From positions 19,117 through 83,116 of the IMG/VR virus record IMGVR_UViG_3300025317_000002: a stretch of 64,000 nt of DNA. One strand, given 5' to 3'. A program made the position numbers and the translations under genes. Source of the DNA: a virus. How positions within the stretch are numbered: the stretch's first letter is position 1; every line of letters begins with the position of its first letter. The notes under the pieces are model-generated. The model saw only the letters and a program-made list of their open reading frames with translations. It did no database searches and was not told the origin of the DNA. Positions 48,783 through 56,628 of this stretch are shown in pieces.

Positions 48783-49214
48783 TTAGGAAGCCTTAGTTCC
48801 ACATTCAGGAAACTTAAGCTCAAGCCAAGTCATAATATAGCCAACAAGACTGGTTGCCTTGGGTATATCTGGATTCGAGGTAAACCCATTGGGGCTAAAC
48901 TCCAATCCCTTCAGCCGACTTGAAATTATCTGAAGAGGAATTCCATATTGGAGAGCAAGGGAGGCAAGAATAGCAAACGTATTCATCATTCCCCACATGG
49001 GAGAGCCAATTTTATTCATAAAGATGAAGATTTCCCCCGGCCTTCTATCTTCATAGAGACTAACTGTCAGATATCCTTCATAACCCTCAATAGAGAATTT
49101 ATGCGTTACAGATTCTCTTTCCATGGGAAGCTCTTCCCGATAAAGAGCATGGCCTTTACCAGAAAAAGCATTCTGATTTTTCACAAGGATCAGTTTTGAA
49201 ATCATTTTAACCAT
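48783..49214 (-). CDS. stand-alone TSCPD domain (class II ribonucleotide reductase NrdJ C-terminal module)
   Basis: 'RESVTHKFSIEGYEGYLTV.LYED.RPGEIFI.M.K.GS...G....FA...SLALQYG.PL...F.P.G.T.NPDI..ATS...YI..WL..KF'. Confidence 0.85.
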   Translation of the reverse strand: MVKMISKLILVKNQNAFSGKGHALYREELPMERESVTHKFSIEGYEGYLTVSLYEDRRPGEIFIFMNKIGSPMWGMMNTFAILASLALQYGIPLQIISSRLKGLEFSPNGFTSNPDIPKATSLVGYIMTWLELKFPECGTKAS

Positions 49215-49780
49215 TCCTTTCGAAGCGAAATTCTTGTTGGAACTTTCTTCATACGTAACCCCTCTTGAAACAATTCTTCTCCTAGATACTTGAGAGATAA
49301 CGCTCTAGTTTTTTCGTCTTGAGTTACGATCCACCAGGCTGCTTCTCCTTTACGCTCTATTCCAGATCGATATTTCTGAATAACGTTTGCAACATACTTT
49401 TCAGAGGCACCAGTCTCCTTAAGCTTTTCCAGAAGCTCTGGATAAGTAATACCTTCCAAAAGAAGCTCATGGATCTTAAAGACCGTTGTCCCTTCTCCAA
49501 ATGGATTTACTGGAATCTGACTTTGAACTTGAGAAGAACTATCTGGAATCTGATGAATTACTCTTAAAATTGCACGGAGGAGATGTGCTGGAATTACTCC
49601 CTCTCTTCCGAGATCCATGCCAAGCGTGAGAGCAGCATGCTTTCCTTTTGGGAGATGGAGATCTCGCAATGCTCGAACAAGAAGATCCGATCTTCCCTTG
49701 TAATTAGATTCCAAACGAGAAATGATAGTATCTATTGTCGTTTTCATCTTTTGTTCCAAGGCTTGAATGCTTTGATCCAT
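49202..49780 (-). CDS. hypothetical protein
   Basis: ORF in operon; start uncertain (alternative ATG at 49747). Confidence 0.55.
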   Translation of the reverse strand: MDQSIQALEQKMKTTIDTIISRLESNYKGRSDLLVRALRDLHLPKGKHAALTLGMDLGREGVIPAHLLRAILRVIHQIPDSSSQVQSQIPVNPFGEGTTVFKIHELLLEGITYPELLEKLKETGASEKYVANVIQKYRSGIERKGEAAWWIVTQDEKTRALSLKYLGEELFQEGLRMKKVPTRISLRKEWLK

Positions 49781-50100
49781 TCCGTTGTGGGAAACGTTCC
49801 TTTAAAACAAAATGCTCTATCATCAATTGTAAGATGTGCTGGGAGCTTCTGAGTTGGAAAATCAAGCTTCTCAACGAGGGCACCATGCTTCTTAAGATAA
49901 ACAATCATAGCTGGGAGTCCCCTCTTGGAACAAGAACGACTGGAATAGATTGCCACATTAAAATGTTCAACCATCTCGCAGAGCCATTCGATTGTACCTG
50001 GAACAGGTAGACCTGGAATAGCAGCATTCCCAAGCCAATCTGGACTATAGTTATGCAAAACCGAATCAAAATCGCACAAAATAGTCTTTCTAAATGACAT
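49744..50100 (-). CDS. HAD-superfamily phosphatase / nucleotidase-like protein
   Basis: 'ILCDFDSVLH', 'IYSSR', 'K.PA...IDDRA'. Confidence 0.8.
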   Translation of the reverse strand: MSFRKTILCDFDSVLHNYSPDWLGNAAIPGLPVPGTIEWLCEMVEHFNVAIYSSRSCSKRGLPAMIVYLKKHGALVEKLDFPTQKLPAHLTIDDRAFCFKGTFPTTEWIKAFKPWNKR

Positions 50101-50126
50101 AATTCATCCTTTCTCTAGAGAAATAA

Positions 50127-50246
50127 ATCTCCCTAACTTGACAATGCATTGTCAAGCTAAGAATTGATATAAATGAAAGTATGGGAAACGAATCATAGAA
50201 CCCACACTTTTCTTAGCTTGGCTTGATTTATATCAATTCTGGGAGA
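50127..50246 (-). ncRNA. long bulged hairpin A
   Basis: Perfect 15-bp arms 50160-50174/50226-50240; inner stem AAAGTGTGGG/CCCATACTTT; outer ATCTCCC/GGGAGAT; 20-bp palindrome 50137-50156. Confidence 0.55.
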
Positions 50247-50358
50247 TGGCGACAGCAAGAGGAATCGAACCTCACTCACCTGGTCCCCCAGATGAAGCCA
50301 CCAGACTAGACAAAATCTTTGGCTCCGGAGCTACTTGATTTTGCCTTGTGCTGCTGCC
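50247..50358 (-). ncRNA. tRNA-like RNA 3 (112 nt, 8/4 acceptor/T geometry, GCCA end, non-canonical lower half)
   Basis: GGCAGCAG/TTGCTGTC acceptor; GAGG-TTCGATT-CCTC T-arm; two internal hairpins in place of D and anticodon arms. Confidence 0.7.
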
Positions 50359-50488
50359 TTTGTGCAGGCACGCCGACCTGCGTCACCCGTCAATTGAAAA
50401 CGTAAACATAAGTCAGAACAGGGAAACCTGACTTTATTGTTTGACATTCCTGGATTTGGTAGTCCAGGTAGGCACACCTTGTGCCTAG

Positions 50489-50628
50489 AGGCAGCCTCCG
50501 GAGTCGAACCGACCTTGATTTGTTTAGACACGTTTAATCAAAGGGTAAGCCTGCTTTCTCGCAGCCGAATTCATGTCCGCCTCAGATTCTAAAGTCAGCA
50601 GGTATTTGCCCCATGCTCCCAGGCTGCC
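50489..50628 (-). ncRNA. tRNA-like RNA 2 (140 nt, 8/4 geometry, expanded central arm and long variable-like arm)
   Basis: GGCAGCCT/AGGCTGCC acceptor; TCGG-TTCGACT-CCGG T-arm; CCTGCT/AGCAGG and CTTTGATT/AATCAAGG stems; followed by TCTA rather than NCCA. Confidence 0.65.
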
Positions 50629-50632
50629 AAAA

Positions 50633-50710
50633 TCTCTCATGCTTGAGAACCAAAAGTAGCTAGGGGTAAGATATTCTTATGGGTAACATATCTTCTGTAA
50701 GCATGAGAGA
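50633..50710 (-). ncRNA. long bulged hairpin B
   Basis: TCTCTCATGCTT/AAGCATGAGAGA 12 bp; inner AAGATAT/ATATCTT. Confidence 0.5.
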
Positions 50711-50726
50711 ATTCGTTCAAATCAAA

Positions 50727-50842
50727 TTCCCTTATCATCTGTCGAAGTGAAGGTAAGAGCTTCTAGGTTGTTTTGGGGGACCTTACCTTCCTTACTTCGT
50801 CTCAAACCACCATCCGCGAAACTACGACTGATGATAAGGAAA
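50727..50842 (-). ncRNA. long bulged hairpin C
   Basis: CCTTATCATC/GATGATAAGG, CGAAGT/ACTTCG and GAAGGTAAG/CTTACCTTC stems. Confidence 0.55.
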
Positions 50843-50911
50843 TGGTGGGGATGTCAGGATTCGAACCTGATAAGGCCTAGACATGTCTCCCGTTCCAACA
50901 GTGTCATCCCC
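50843..50911 (-). ncRNA. tRNA-like RNA 1 (69 nt, ACCA end, no anticodon loop)
   Basis: GGGGATG/CATCCCC acceptor; TCAGG-TTCGAAT-CCTGA T-arm; mini D-like hairpin CTGT-TGGA-ACGG; palindromic AGACATGTCT where the anticodon arm should be. Confidence 0.7.
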
Positions 50912-50948
50912 CATATTTACTACCAACAAACCGGACACTTGATACTCA

Positions 50949-52727
50949 TCAAACAACGATCTCTGACGCCCCATTTACCTTTCTGACATGCCAGATAACT
51001 GGAATGGAGCTTTTCACAATAGGATTGTGGGAAGTGAGAATCACAGTATCATCAAAGTATCTCAGGATATAAGAGAGAATGCTTTGAATTCCTTCTGGAT
51101 CAAGCGTATCTAAGACCTCATCTAGAAATAAGAAGGGCAACTCGACTCCCGCTCGGAGTGCAAACTCTCTTAGAGAAAGCTGAACCATGAGATCGACTCT
51201 CCGTTCTTCCCCAGAAGAGAGAGATTTATAGAGATTCTCCTCCCCATCTATGAGAATCGAGATCTTTTCCCTCTGGGCACCGCTTTTGAGACTGGTTGTT
51301 GATTGAAGCGAGACAAGAAACGTTTGAAGCTCCTGGGAAAGAGTCTTCAGGAATCCATTCAGAAATTCAATCGAGCTATCCAGCATATAGCTTCTAATAT
51401 TGATAAAGCACTCTTTGACGTAAGACATAAGGTCCACAGACCTACTCAAAGACTCTTTCTCAGATTTCAGAGCTTGAATTACGTTTTCTTTCTCGGTCAA
51501 CTTAGCTTGAAGCTTCAGTTTAAGTTCTATAAACTCTGTCTTCTTGGAATTGTCTTGAAGAGATTTTTGCTTCAGACTAAGTTCTGTTCTAAGGCTCGTA
51601 ACCTTAGCCAAAGCTTCTTGATACAATATCTCGTCTTCTCGCATTTTGAAGGTATGCCCATCAATCTTTTGTTCCAAGATTCTCAACTCTTGAAGGAACA
51701 CGGCACTCTTTTGCAGAAGCATACTTTCCGATCTAATACATGTTTCAAGCTCAAAAGCAAGTTCCGCAACAAGCTTGGTTTGATTCTCCGGAGTAAGGGA
51801 TGCCCCACAAACCAGGCAAGTTTTGTTTTCCAGGAGTCTAGCTCGCTTCTTCTCTAAGACTTCCACCTTAGATTTTGCCTTTTGTGCATCTTGCAAGGAT
51901 GTGTTAGACATTCGTTCGGAAAGGCTCTTCTTTCGGAAGAGAATTTCCCACTCCTCCTGAAATGCTTTTCTTTGAGCTGATCTATCTTTCAGAGTTAATT
52001 CTGCAAGGTTTAGCTCTGCTTTGAGCTTATCTATTTCTTCAAAGAGCAGTTCCCGTTCAGAAGACATAACACTTCTAAGCTTTGCCTCAAGTTCCTCCAG
52101 ATGTAACTGTGCTTCTTTGGCCTCTACCTCCAGAAGCTCAAGTTTCCTGAGAACTGAAGACATAAGCTCGGATTTCTCCTCCAACATCTCCTTGGATTTC
52201 AGGATAAGTCGATCATAGATGGTGAGGCCCAAGATAAATTCCAAGGTCTCTTTCCTCATTTGGTCGGTGAGACCGGAAAACCTCCAGTTTACCTTGTTCG
52301 AGATGAAGGAAAGTTGAAAGAGTAGATCCGGATGCGTCCGAACGAGACGCCGAATGAGATCATTTGTCAGCGTCGCAGTATCCAAGGAGAGATCTTGAGG
52401 AGGTTCGCTGCCCACATCAAAGAACGTAACGCCATGCTTGATAAAACCATTGGATGAAGCTTTTCCGCGAAAGCGATTGACCTGGTAACGAGAATTACCC
52501 TTCTCAAAGAAAAGAACTACTTCAGAATTAAATTCCCCTCGGTGGAGAATGTCGTTTCCTGAGATGCCCTTGGAAGTAACCCCAAAGAGAGAATAAGGAA
52601 CAAGATCAAGAAGATTGCTTTTTCCTTCCCCATTCTTTCCAGAAAGCAAGATTACACTCCGAGGGAAATCCAAAGAGATCTCCTTAAAAGACATAAAGTT
52701 TGTGGCTGAGACAGATCCTATCCGCAA
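50949..52727 (-). CDS. sbcC: SbcC/Rad50/gp46-like SMC ATPase
   Basis: Walker A 'GKNGEGKS', coiled coil with CxxC hook 'CLVCG', signature 'LSSGE', Walker B 'LFLDE'. Confidence 0.92.
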   Translation of the reverse strand: MRIGSVSATNFMSFKEISLDFPRSVILLSGKNGEGKSNLLDLVPYSLFGVTSKGISGNDILHRGEFNSEVVLFFEKGNSRYQVNRFRGKASSNGFIKHGVTFFDVGSEPPQDLSLDTATLTNDLIRRLVRTHPDLLFQLSFISNKVNWRFSGLTDQMRKETLEFILGLTIYDRLILKSKEMLEEKSELMSSVLRKLELLEVEAKEAQLHLEELEAKLRSVMSSERELLFEEIDKLKAELNLAELTLKDRSAQRKAFQEEWEILFRKKSLSERMSNTSLQDAQKAKSKVEVLEKKRARLLENKTCLVCGASLTPENQTKLVAELAFELETCIRSESMLLQKSAVFLQELRILEQKIDGHTFKMREDEILYQEALAKVTSLRTELSLKQKSLQDNSKKTEFIELKLKLQAKLTEKENVIQALKSEKESLSRSVDLMSYVKECFINIRSYMLDSSIEFLNGFLKTLSQELQTFLVSLQSTTSLKSGAQREKISILIDGEENLYKSLSSGEERRVDLMVQLSLREFALRAGVELPFLFLDEVLDTLDPEGIQSILSYILRYFDDTVILTSHNPIVKSSIPVIWHVRKVNGASEIVV

Positions 52728-53782
52728 AACTCAGCCTCCGTGAAGGAAACCACATGACTCATTGCATCAAAGACTTCTTGCCAAGAGAATGGAATATTTT
52801 CAAGCTTCTCAAGATAATTCTCACAGTTCTCGATGATTTGATGCCCAGGAGAAACATAGGTTTGTCTTGGAGCCTGAACAATAGGCTTGTCGAACTGAAA
52901 GTCGATTCCTCGAAAGGAAGCAAGCTTCTCTCGCACAAGCTGAGACCTGGCTTTCAGCTCTGGGCTGAAAATCAACCTCAGATAGGTCTTTTCAGGTTCA
53001 GGATAAGAGAAAGTCAACCTCTCAAGAAAAGCTTCAAGCTCAGATTTCGTCTCTAACTTTACAGCCCGAAACTCTGGTGCTACAGAATTCACTACTCGAA
53101 GAATTGCCTTTGTATTCGTGTCATAGAGACAAATTCCTCTTCCCGTGTCTTTGTCCCCAAAGGTCTGATAGAGAGCGGAGCCTACAATCTCAATCGAACC
53201 AAGCCTAAGATGCGGGTGGATATGCCCCCCGAACATTTGAGTTCCCTTCCAATCACTTGGATTCAAGCCCAACTTCTGGACGGGCTTGGGTTTGAGGGTG
53301 CCTTGAACATCCTGATGAATAAATAGCGTATGGGCTTCCTGGGAGAGGATCTCCTCTATTGCCTTATTCATCTGGAGATCATCCCTAATAAAGGGAACAA
53401 ACCCACATCCTGATTTGTGAAGAGTAGGTTTGGTCGGAATGAAAGCGAAGCCTGAGAATGGGGAGAGAGAGTTGATTTCTTGGGAGAAAGTATCGTGGTT
53501 GCCAGGAAGGACCACATGCTCAGCTTGAACTTCCTGGCAGGCTTGAGAGATACCTTTCATAAAGTCTCCAGCCGCTGAGAGGGAAAGAGCACTGATATAG
53601 TGGTCATCATGAAAAACATCCCCACAGCAGACAACGAGACCCGGCTTATGAAAACGAATCATCTCAGAAATCCAAGCTCCGGTCTCTAGAATCTCCAGAA
53701 TTCGAGTTGGATAGGACTTCGTAGGCTTGGAAAATTCTGGATGCTCTCCGATATGAATGTCACTATAGATAAGGATCTTCAT
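52718..53782 (-). CDS. sbcD: SbcD/Mre11/gp47-like nuclease
   Basis: 'SDIH', 'GDVFH', 'GNHD', 'GHIH' metallophosphoesterase motifs. Confidence 0.9.
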   Translation of the reverse strand: MKILIYSDIHIGEHPEFSKPTKSYPTRILEILETGAWISEMIRFHKPGLVVCCGDVFHDDHYISALSLSAAGDFMKGISQACQEVQAEHVVLPGNHDTFSQEINSLSPFSGFAFIPTKPTLHKSGCGFVPFIRDDLQMNKAIEEILSQEAHTLFIHQDVQGTLKPKPVQKLGLNPSDWKGTQMFGGHIHPHLRLGSIEIVGSALYQTFGDKDTGRGICLYDTNTKAILRVVNSVAPEFRAVKLETKSELEAFLERLTFSYPEPEKTYLRLIFSPELKARSQLVREKLASFRGIDFQFDKPIVQAPRQTYVSPGHQIIENCENYLEKLENIPFSWQEVFDAMSHVVSFTEAEFCG

Positions 53783-54132
53783 GGCGAGGGAATAGCCTCC
53801 AGCACATAGAGCGTTTCTTTATCCAAAGAGCCAGAGGCAGCAAGCCTCACCCCTGGAATATAGACAGGCTCCCCAGTTGACTCAGAGCGAACTGTTGCCA
53901 CCCCATGCTCAAGCCCGAGGACAAAGCTCACCACTCGTACAATACAGCCTACATTTGGGATCTCGTAAGCGAAAGTCGAAACCACTCTCGCATCTGCATT
54001 TTCCTCATCCTCATCTCCTGGAATCTGGTAATCCTTTTCTCCGTAAGAAATTCGCTTCCAGCTATGATTGCCTAAAGTCTGAAGATCAGACTCTGTATAT
54101 TCTTTCCATTTACTGACAAGTTGTAATACCAT
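53779..54132 (-). CDS. hypothetical protein, paralog of 56029-56418
   Basis: Shared 'AYEI...G..V......SE' pattern. Confidence 0.6.
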   Translation of the reverse strand: MVLQLVSKWKEYTESDLQTLGNHSWKRISYGEKDYQIPGDEDEENADARVVSTFAYEIPNVGCIVRVVSFVLGLEHGVATVRSESTGEPVYIPGVRLAASGSLDKETLYVLEAIPSP

Positions 54133-54134
54133 TT

Positions 54135-54662
54135 CTAATCCTTAGTCTGACGGCCATGCCAAGTCCGTCTAGCAAATTCAGCCATAAGAAGAGCATCAGA
54201 TCTGTTGTGATCATCCTTCTTGATTCTGATTCCTCGTTTGAGATTGGTGGTAGGAAAAAGAGAGTAAGCTCGATTGATTGAAGCGGCCTTCGTATCTTCT
54301 CCTGAGACAGCAAGCTCACGTTGCCAAGCAGTTGGGCGAACGACTATGAAGGACCAGTTGAGAGTTGTTAAGATTCCAATAATCAGACCAAAGCCCTCTC
54401 CAGTCGAGAAAGCAGATACGGCTCCTTGTTTGGGAAATACCTGTTGTTTCTCCACGACAGTTAAAAGAGGAACAAAGCCCAAAGGAATTTCAGAAACAGG
54501 AGAAGCAGGAATAGGAAGAAAAGATAAGAAGAGGTCTCGAAGTGCAGCCGGAACAAAGTTGCTTCCAACAACAGGCATATCCTCAAGGTAAATCACACAC
54601 TGAGTATCGTCTATAACAGCAACCGCACCGGATTTACCCGGATCAACTCCGATGAAGAACAT
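54135..54662 (-). CDS. ruvC: RuvC-like Holliday junction resolvase
   Basis: 'IGVDPGKSGAVA', 'VVEKQ', 'SAFSTGEGFG', 'V.P..W', 'RSDALLMA'. Confidence 0.85.
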   Translation of the reverse strand: MFFIGVDPGKSGAVAVIDDTQCVIYLEDMPVVGSNFVPAALRDLFLSFLPIPASPVSEIPLGFVPLLTVVEKQQVFPKQGAVSAFSTGEGFGLIIGILTTLNWSFIVVRPTAWQRELAVSGEDTKAASINRAYSLFPTTNLKRGIRIKKDDHNRSDALLMAEFARRTWHGRQTKD

Positions 54663-54688
54663 TATCCCACCTCAATTTTATAGCCAAA

Positions 54689-55303
54689 CTAATAGTCATC
54701 CAAAAACCTAGAGGCAACTGCTTCACGGATCTTGAGATGAACCTTGGCAATCGTTTCTTCCCCATCTATTGCCAACCATGTTCTAGGGTGGTCTACCACA
54801 AAGTCAATATAGAGGCTTCTCACTTTTCCAAGGAAACCCATATTAGACTCATATTTATCGTTGATCTCACTTTTCCCTTTTCTCTCCATGGAAACAGAAG
54901 GGTCGATGTCTAAATAGATTGTGAGATCTGGATTCGGAAGAAAAGCCTCTAGTTGATCAATCCAGGCAGTTGGAACTTCTCCCCTTGCGCTACTATAAGC
55001 CACAGCGGATGCCTTGTAGCGATCTACAAGCACAAAATCTGTATATTGAAGCGAGGCACAAAGATCAGGCAAAGCTTCATATTTGTTGGTGGTGTAGAGT
55101 GTAGTAGCTGCTTCAATGGGAAGTGAAACGGAGCCTTGGAGATAAGATTTGATAAGTAATCCTGTTTCCGTCTGATAGTTGGGAAACTCAAAGAGACTTA
55201 CACTTAAATCTAGACTTTCCAGGTAGCTTTGAAGAAGTCCAACCTGGACCATTTTACCTGCCTTATCGATTCCCTCGAATGCAATGAATTGGGCTTTTTT
55301 CAT
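54689..55303 (-). CDS. tmk: thymidylate kinase
   Basis: 'FIAFEGIDKAGK', 'FP.Y', 'VDRY..S.VAYS', 'PDLTIYLDI'. Confidence 0.9.
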   Translation of the reverse strand: MKKAQFIAFEGIDKAGKMVQVGLLQSYLESLDLSVSLFEFPNYQTETGLLIKSYLQGSVSLPIEAATTLYTTNKYEALPDLCASLQYTDFVLVDRYKASAVAYSSARGEVPTAWIDQLEAFLPNPDLTIYLDIDPSVSMERKGKSEINDKYESNMGFLGKVRSLYIDFVVDHPRTWLAIDGEETIAKVHLKIREAVASRFLDDY

Positions 55304-55749
55304 TTGGTCTTCTCAAATAGGTCCTGGGGGTCCAGGGGATTCCAATTGCATACTCTACAGTAGAGCCAACCCTTCATTGTGTCAAAGAGCCATGCACAAC
55401 ACCTCTCACAACGCAGATCTTTTTCATCTCCAATTTGTAAATTCTCAAACCAAATCTGACAACTCTTCCTGCATTCTGAGCAAACCATATGATAGAGGTA
55501 GCGATCTTCGATTGGATTTTGCTCACACCCAAAGCACCTTATTCCCATCTCCCTTGCAACCTGAAAAACAGTATCATGAAGAAGGGCAGTAGCTCGATCT
55601 TGGGGGTCAACTGTTCCAGTTTGATATTGGACAATACTCCCTTCTGTCTTGGTCAACCTCCCAGAGAGGTAATAAGAAACAGCTTTCCTTCCAAGAAGAT
55701 CCCCCGCTTCCTTCCAGGAAGAGTATATTTTCTCCACAGTAGGAGTCAT
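55300..55749 (-). CDS. Zn-finger hypothetical protein
   Basis: Several CxxC; GGAG RBS before ATG at 55749. Confidence 0.55.
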   Translation of the reverse strand: MTPTVEKIYSSWKEAGDLLGRKAVSYYLSGRLTKTEGSIVQYQTGTVDPQDRATALLHDTVFQVAREMGIRCFGCEQNPIEDRYLYHMVCSECRKSCQIWFENLQIGDEKDLRCERCCAWLFDTMKGWLYCRVCNWNPLDPQDLFEKTK

Positions 55750-55940
55750 AGTTTCTCCCCTTCCCATTCATAAATCTGTCGATAGATTCCATCCTCAGAG
55801 GCGATAGTTTCCATATAGCGATGTGTGGCTTCATCATGCCCATTTAGCCTTTCGCAACGCATGGAAGGATCTCCTGGGTTCTCATGAAGACAAAGGGGAG
55901 ACAATTTCTCTCTTAAATTCTCCAGATAATTATTGCTCAC
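55746..55940 (-). CDS. hypothetical protein
   Basis: GAGGAG RBS; ATGA coupling to next gene. Confidence 0.5.
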   Translation of the reverse strand: MSNNYLENLREKLSPLCLHENPGDPSMRCERLNGHDEATHRYMETIASEDGIYRQIYEWEGEKL

Positions 55941-56028
55941 GACATACTCCTCAACGTCTCCTCCGAGAAAATAGTCCTCGGTTCTAGTCAGCTCCCAGGC
56001 CTCTACGAATTCTCGAAAGATATGACTC

Positions 56029-56418
56029 TCAAACAGCGGAGTTCCCTTTCCCTGAAGCCAGCTTTGACTTTGGAGGGCTTCTTCGAGAAACCTCTTTTTC
56101 TCTTGGAATCTTGGCGATTACAAGAAACATCTTCCCTTCAAGGTTCCGTTCTTCGAGGCATGCCCACTCCATCGTTACAAGTGTCTCAGACATAAATCTT
56201 GGCTCGGGAGAGCTATCTTGCGTCTGACTCAAAGAGGGCCCATAGATCATCGTGAGTGTTTTGACCAAGAGGCCACCTCCCTCTATTTCATAAGCATACA
56301 TCTCTGATGTGGCAAGGGGGGTCTTATCTTCCGGGTCATAGACAGTGCCAGAAGAAATAAGCTTCCAGGCCAGGCCATCTGGCATTGGAGAATATTTAGA
56401 AGTGCTTGCATCATTCAT
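56029..56418 (-). CDS. hypothetical protein, paralog of 53779-54132
   Basis: See paralog. Confidence 0.6.
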   Translation of the reverse strand: MNDASTSKYSPMPDGLAWKLISSGTVYDPEDKTPLATSEMYAYEIEGGGLLVKTLTMIYGPSLSQTQDSSPEPRFMSETLVTMEWACLEERNLEGKMFLVIAKIPREKEVSRRSPPKSKLASGKGNSAV

Positions 56419-56599
56419 CTCTGTAATCTAGCTCCTCTTGTGCGGCATCAACCAACCAATCTTTTCCTTCGACGTTATCTACGACCCATCGCAGATAATC
56501 TGAAGGAATCTCTTCCAGTAGTTCCCCTTTGTGTTTACCAAAGGGCATTCGGACTCCCTCGTCAGAGTCATCTTCCAACTTGAGTTCGTATTCGTCCAT
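56411..56599 (-). CDS. DUF3820-like small protein
   Basis: 'MPFGKHKGE.L.EIP.DYL.W'. Confidence 0.75.
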   Translation of the reverse strand: MDEYELKLEDDSDEGVRMPFGKHKGELLEEIPSDYLRWVVDNVEGKDWLVDAAQEELDYRDE

Positions 56600-56628
56600 A
56601 CATGACCTCTATTCTAAGATAGCACAGG

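Noticed and set aside
50331-50531. 66-aa ORF on the - strand (and the 79-aa ORF at 50747-50986 on +)
   Set aside because: Both overlap the tRNA-like stems and have no protein-like motif; better explained as chance frames in ncRNA
50247-50911. Calling the three elements canonical tRNAs with assigned anticodons
   Set aside because: No 5-bp stem with 7-nt anticodon loop at the proper position could be drawn for any of them
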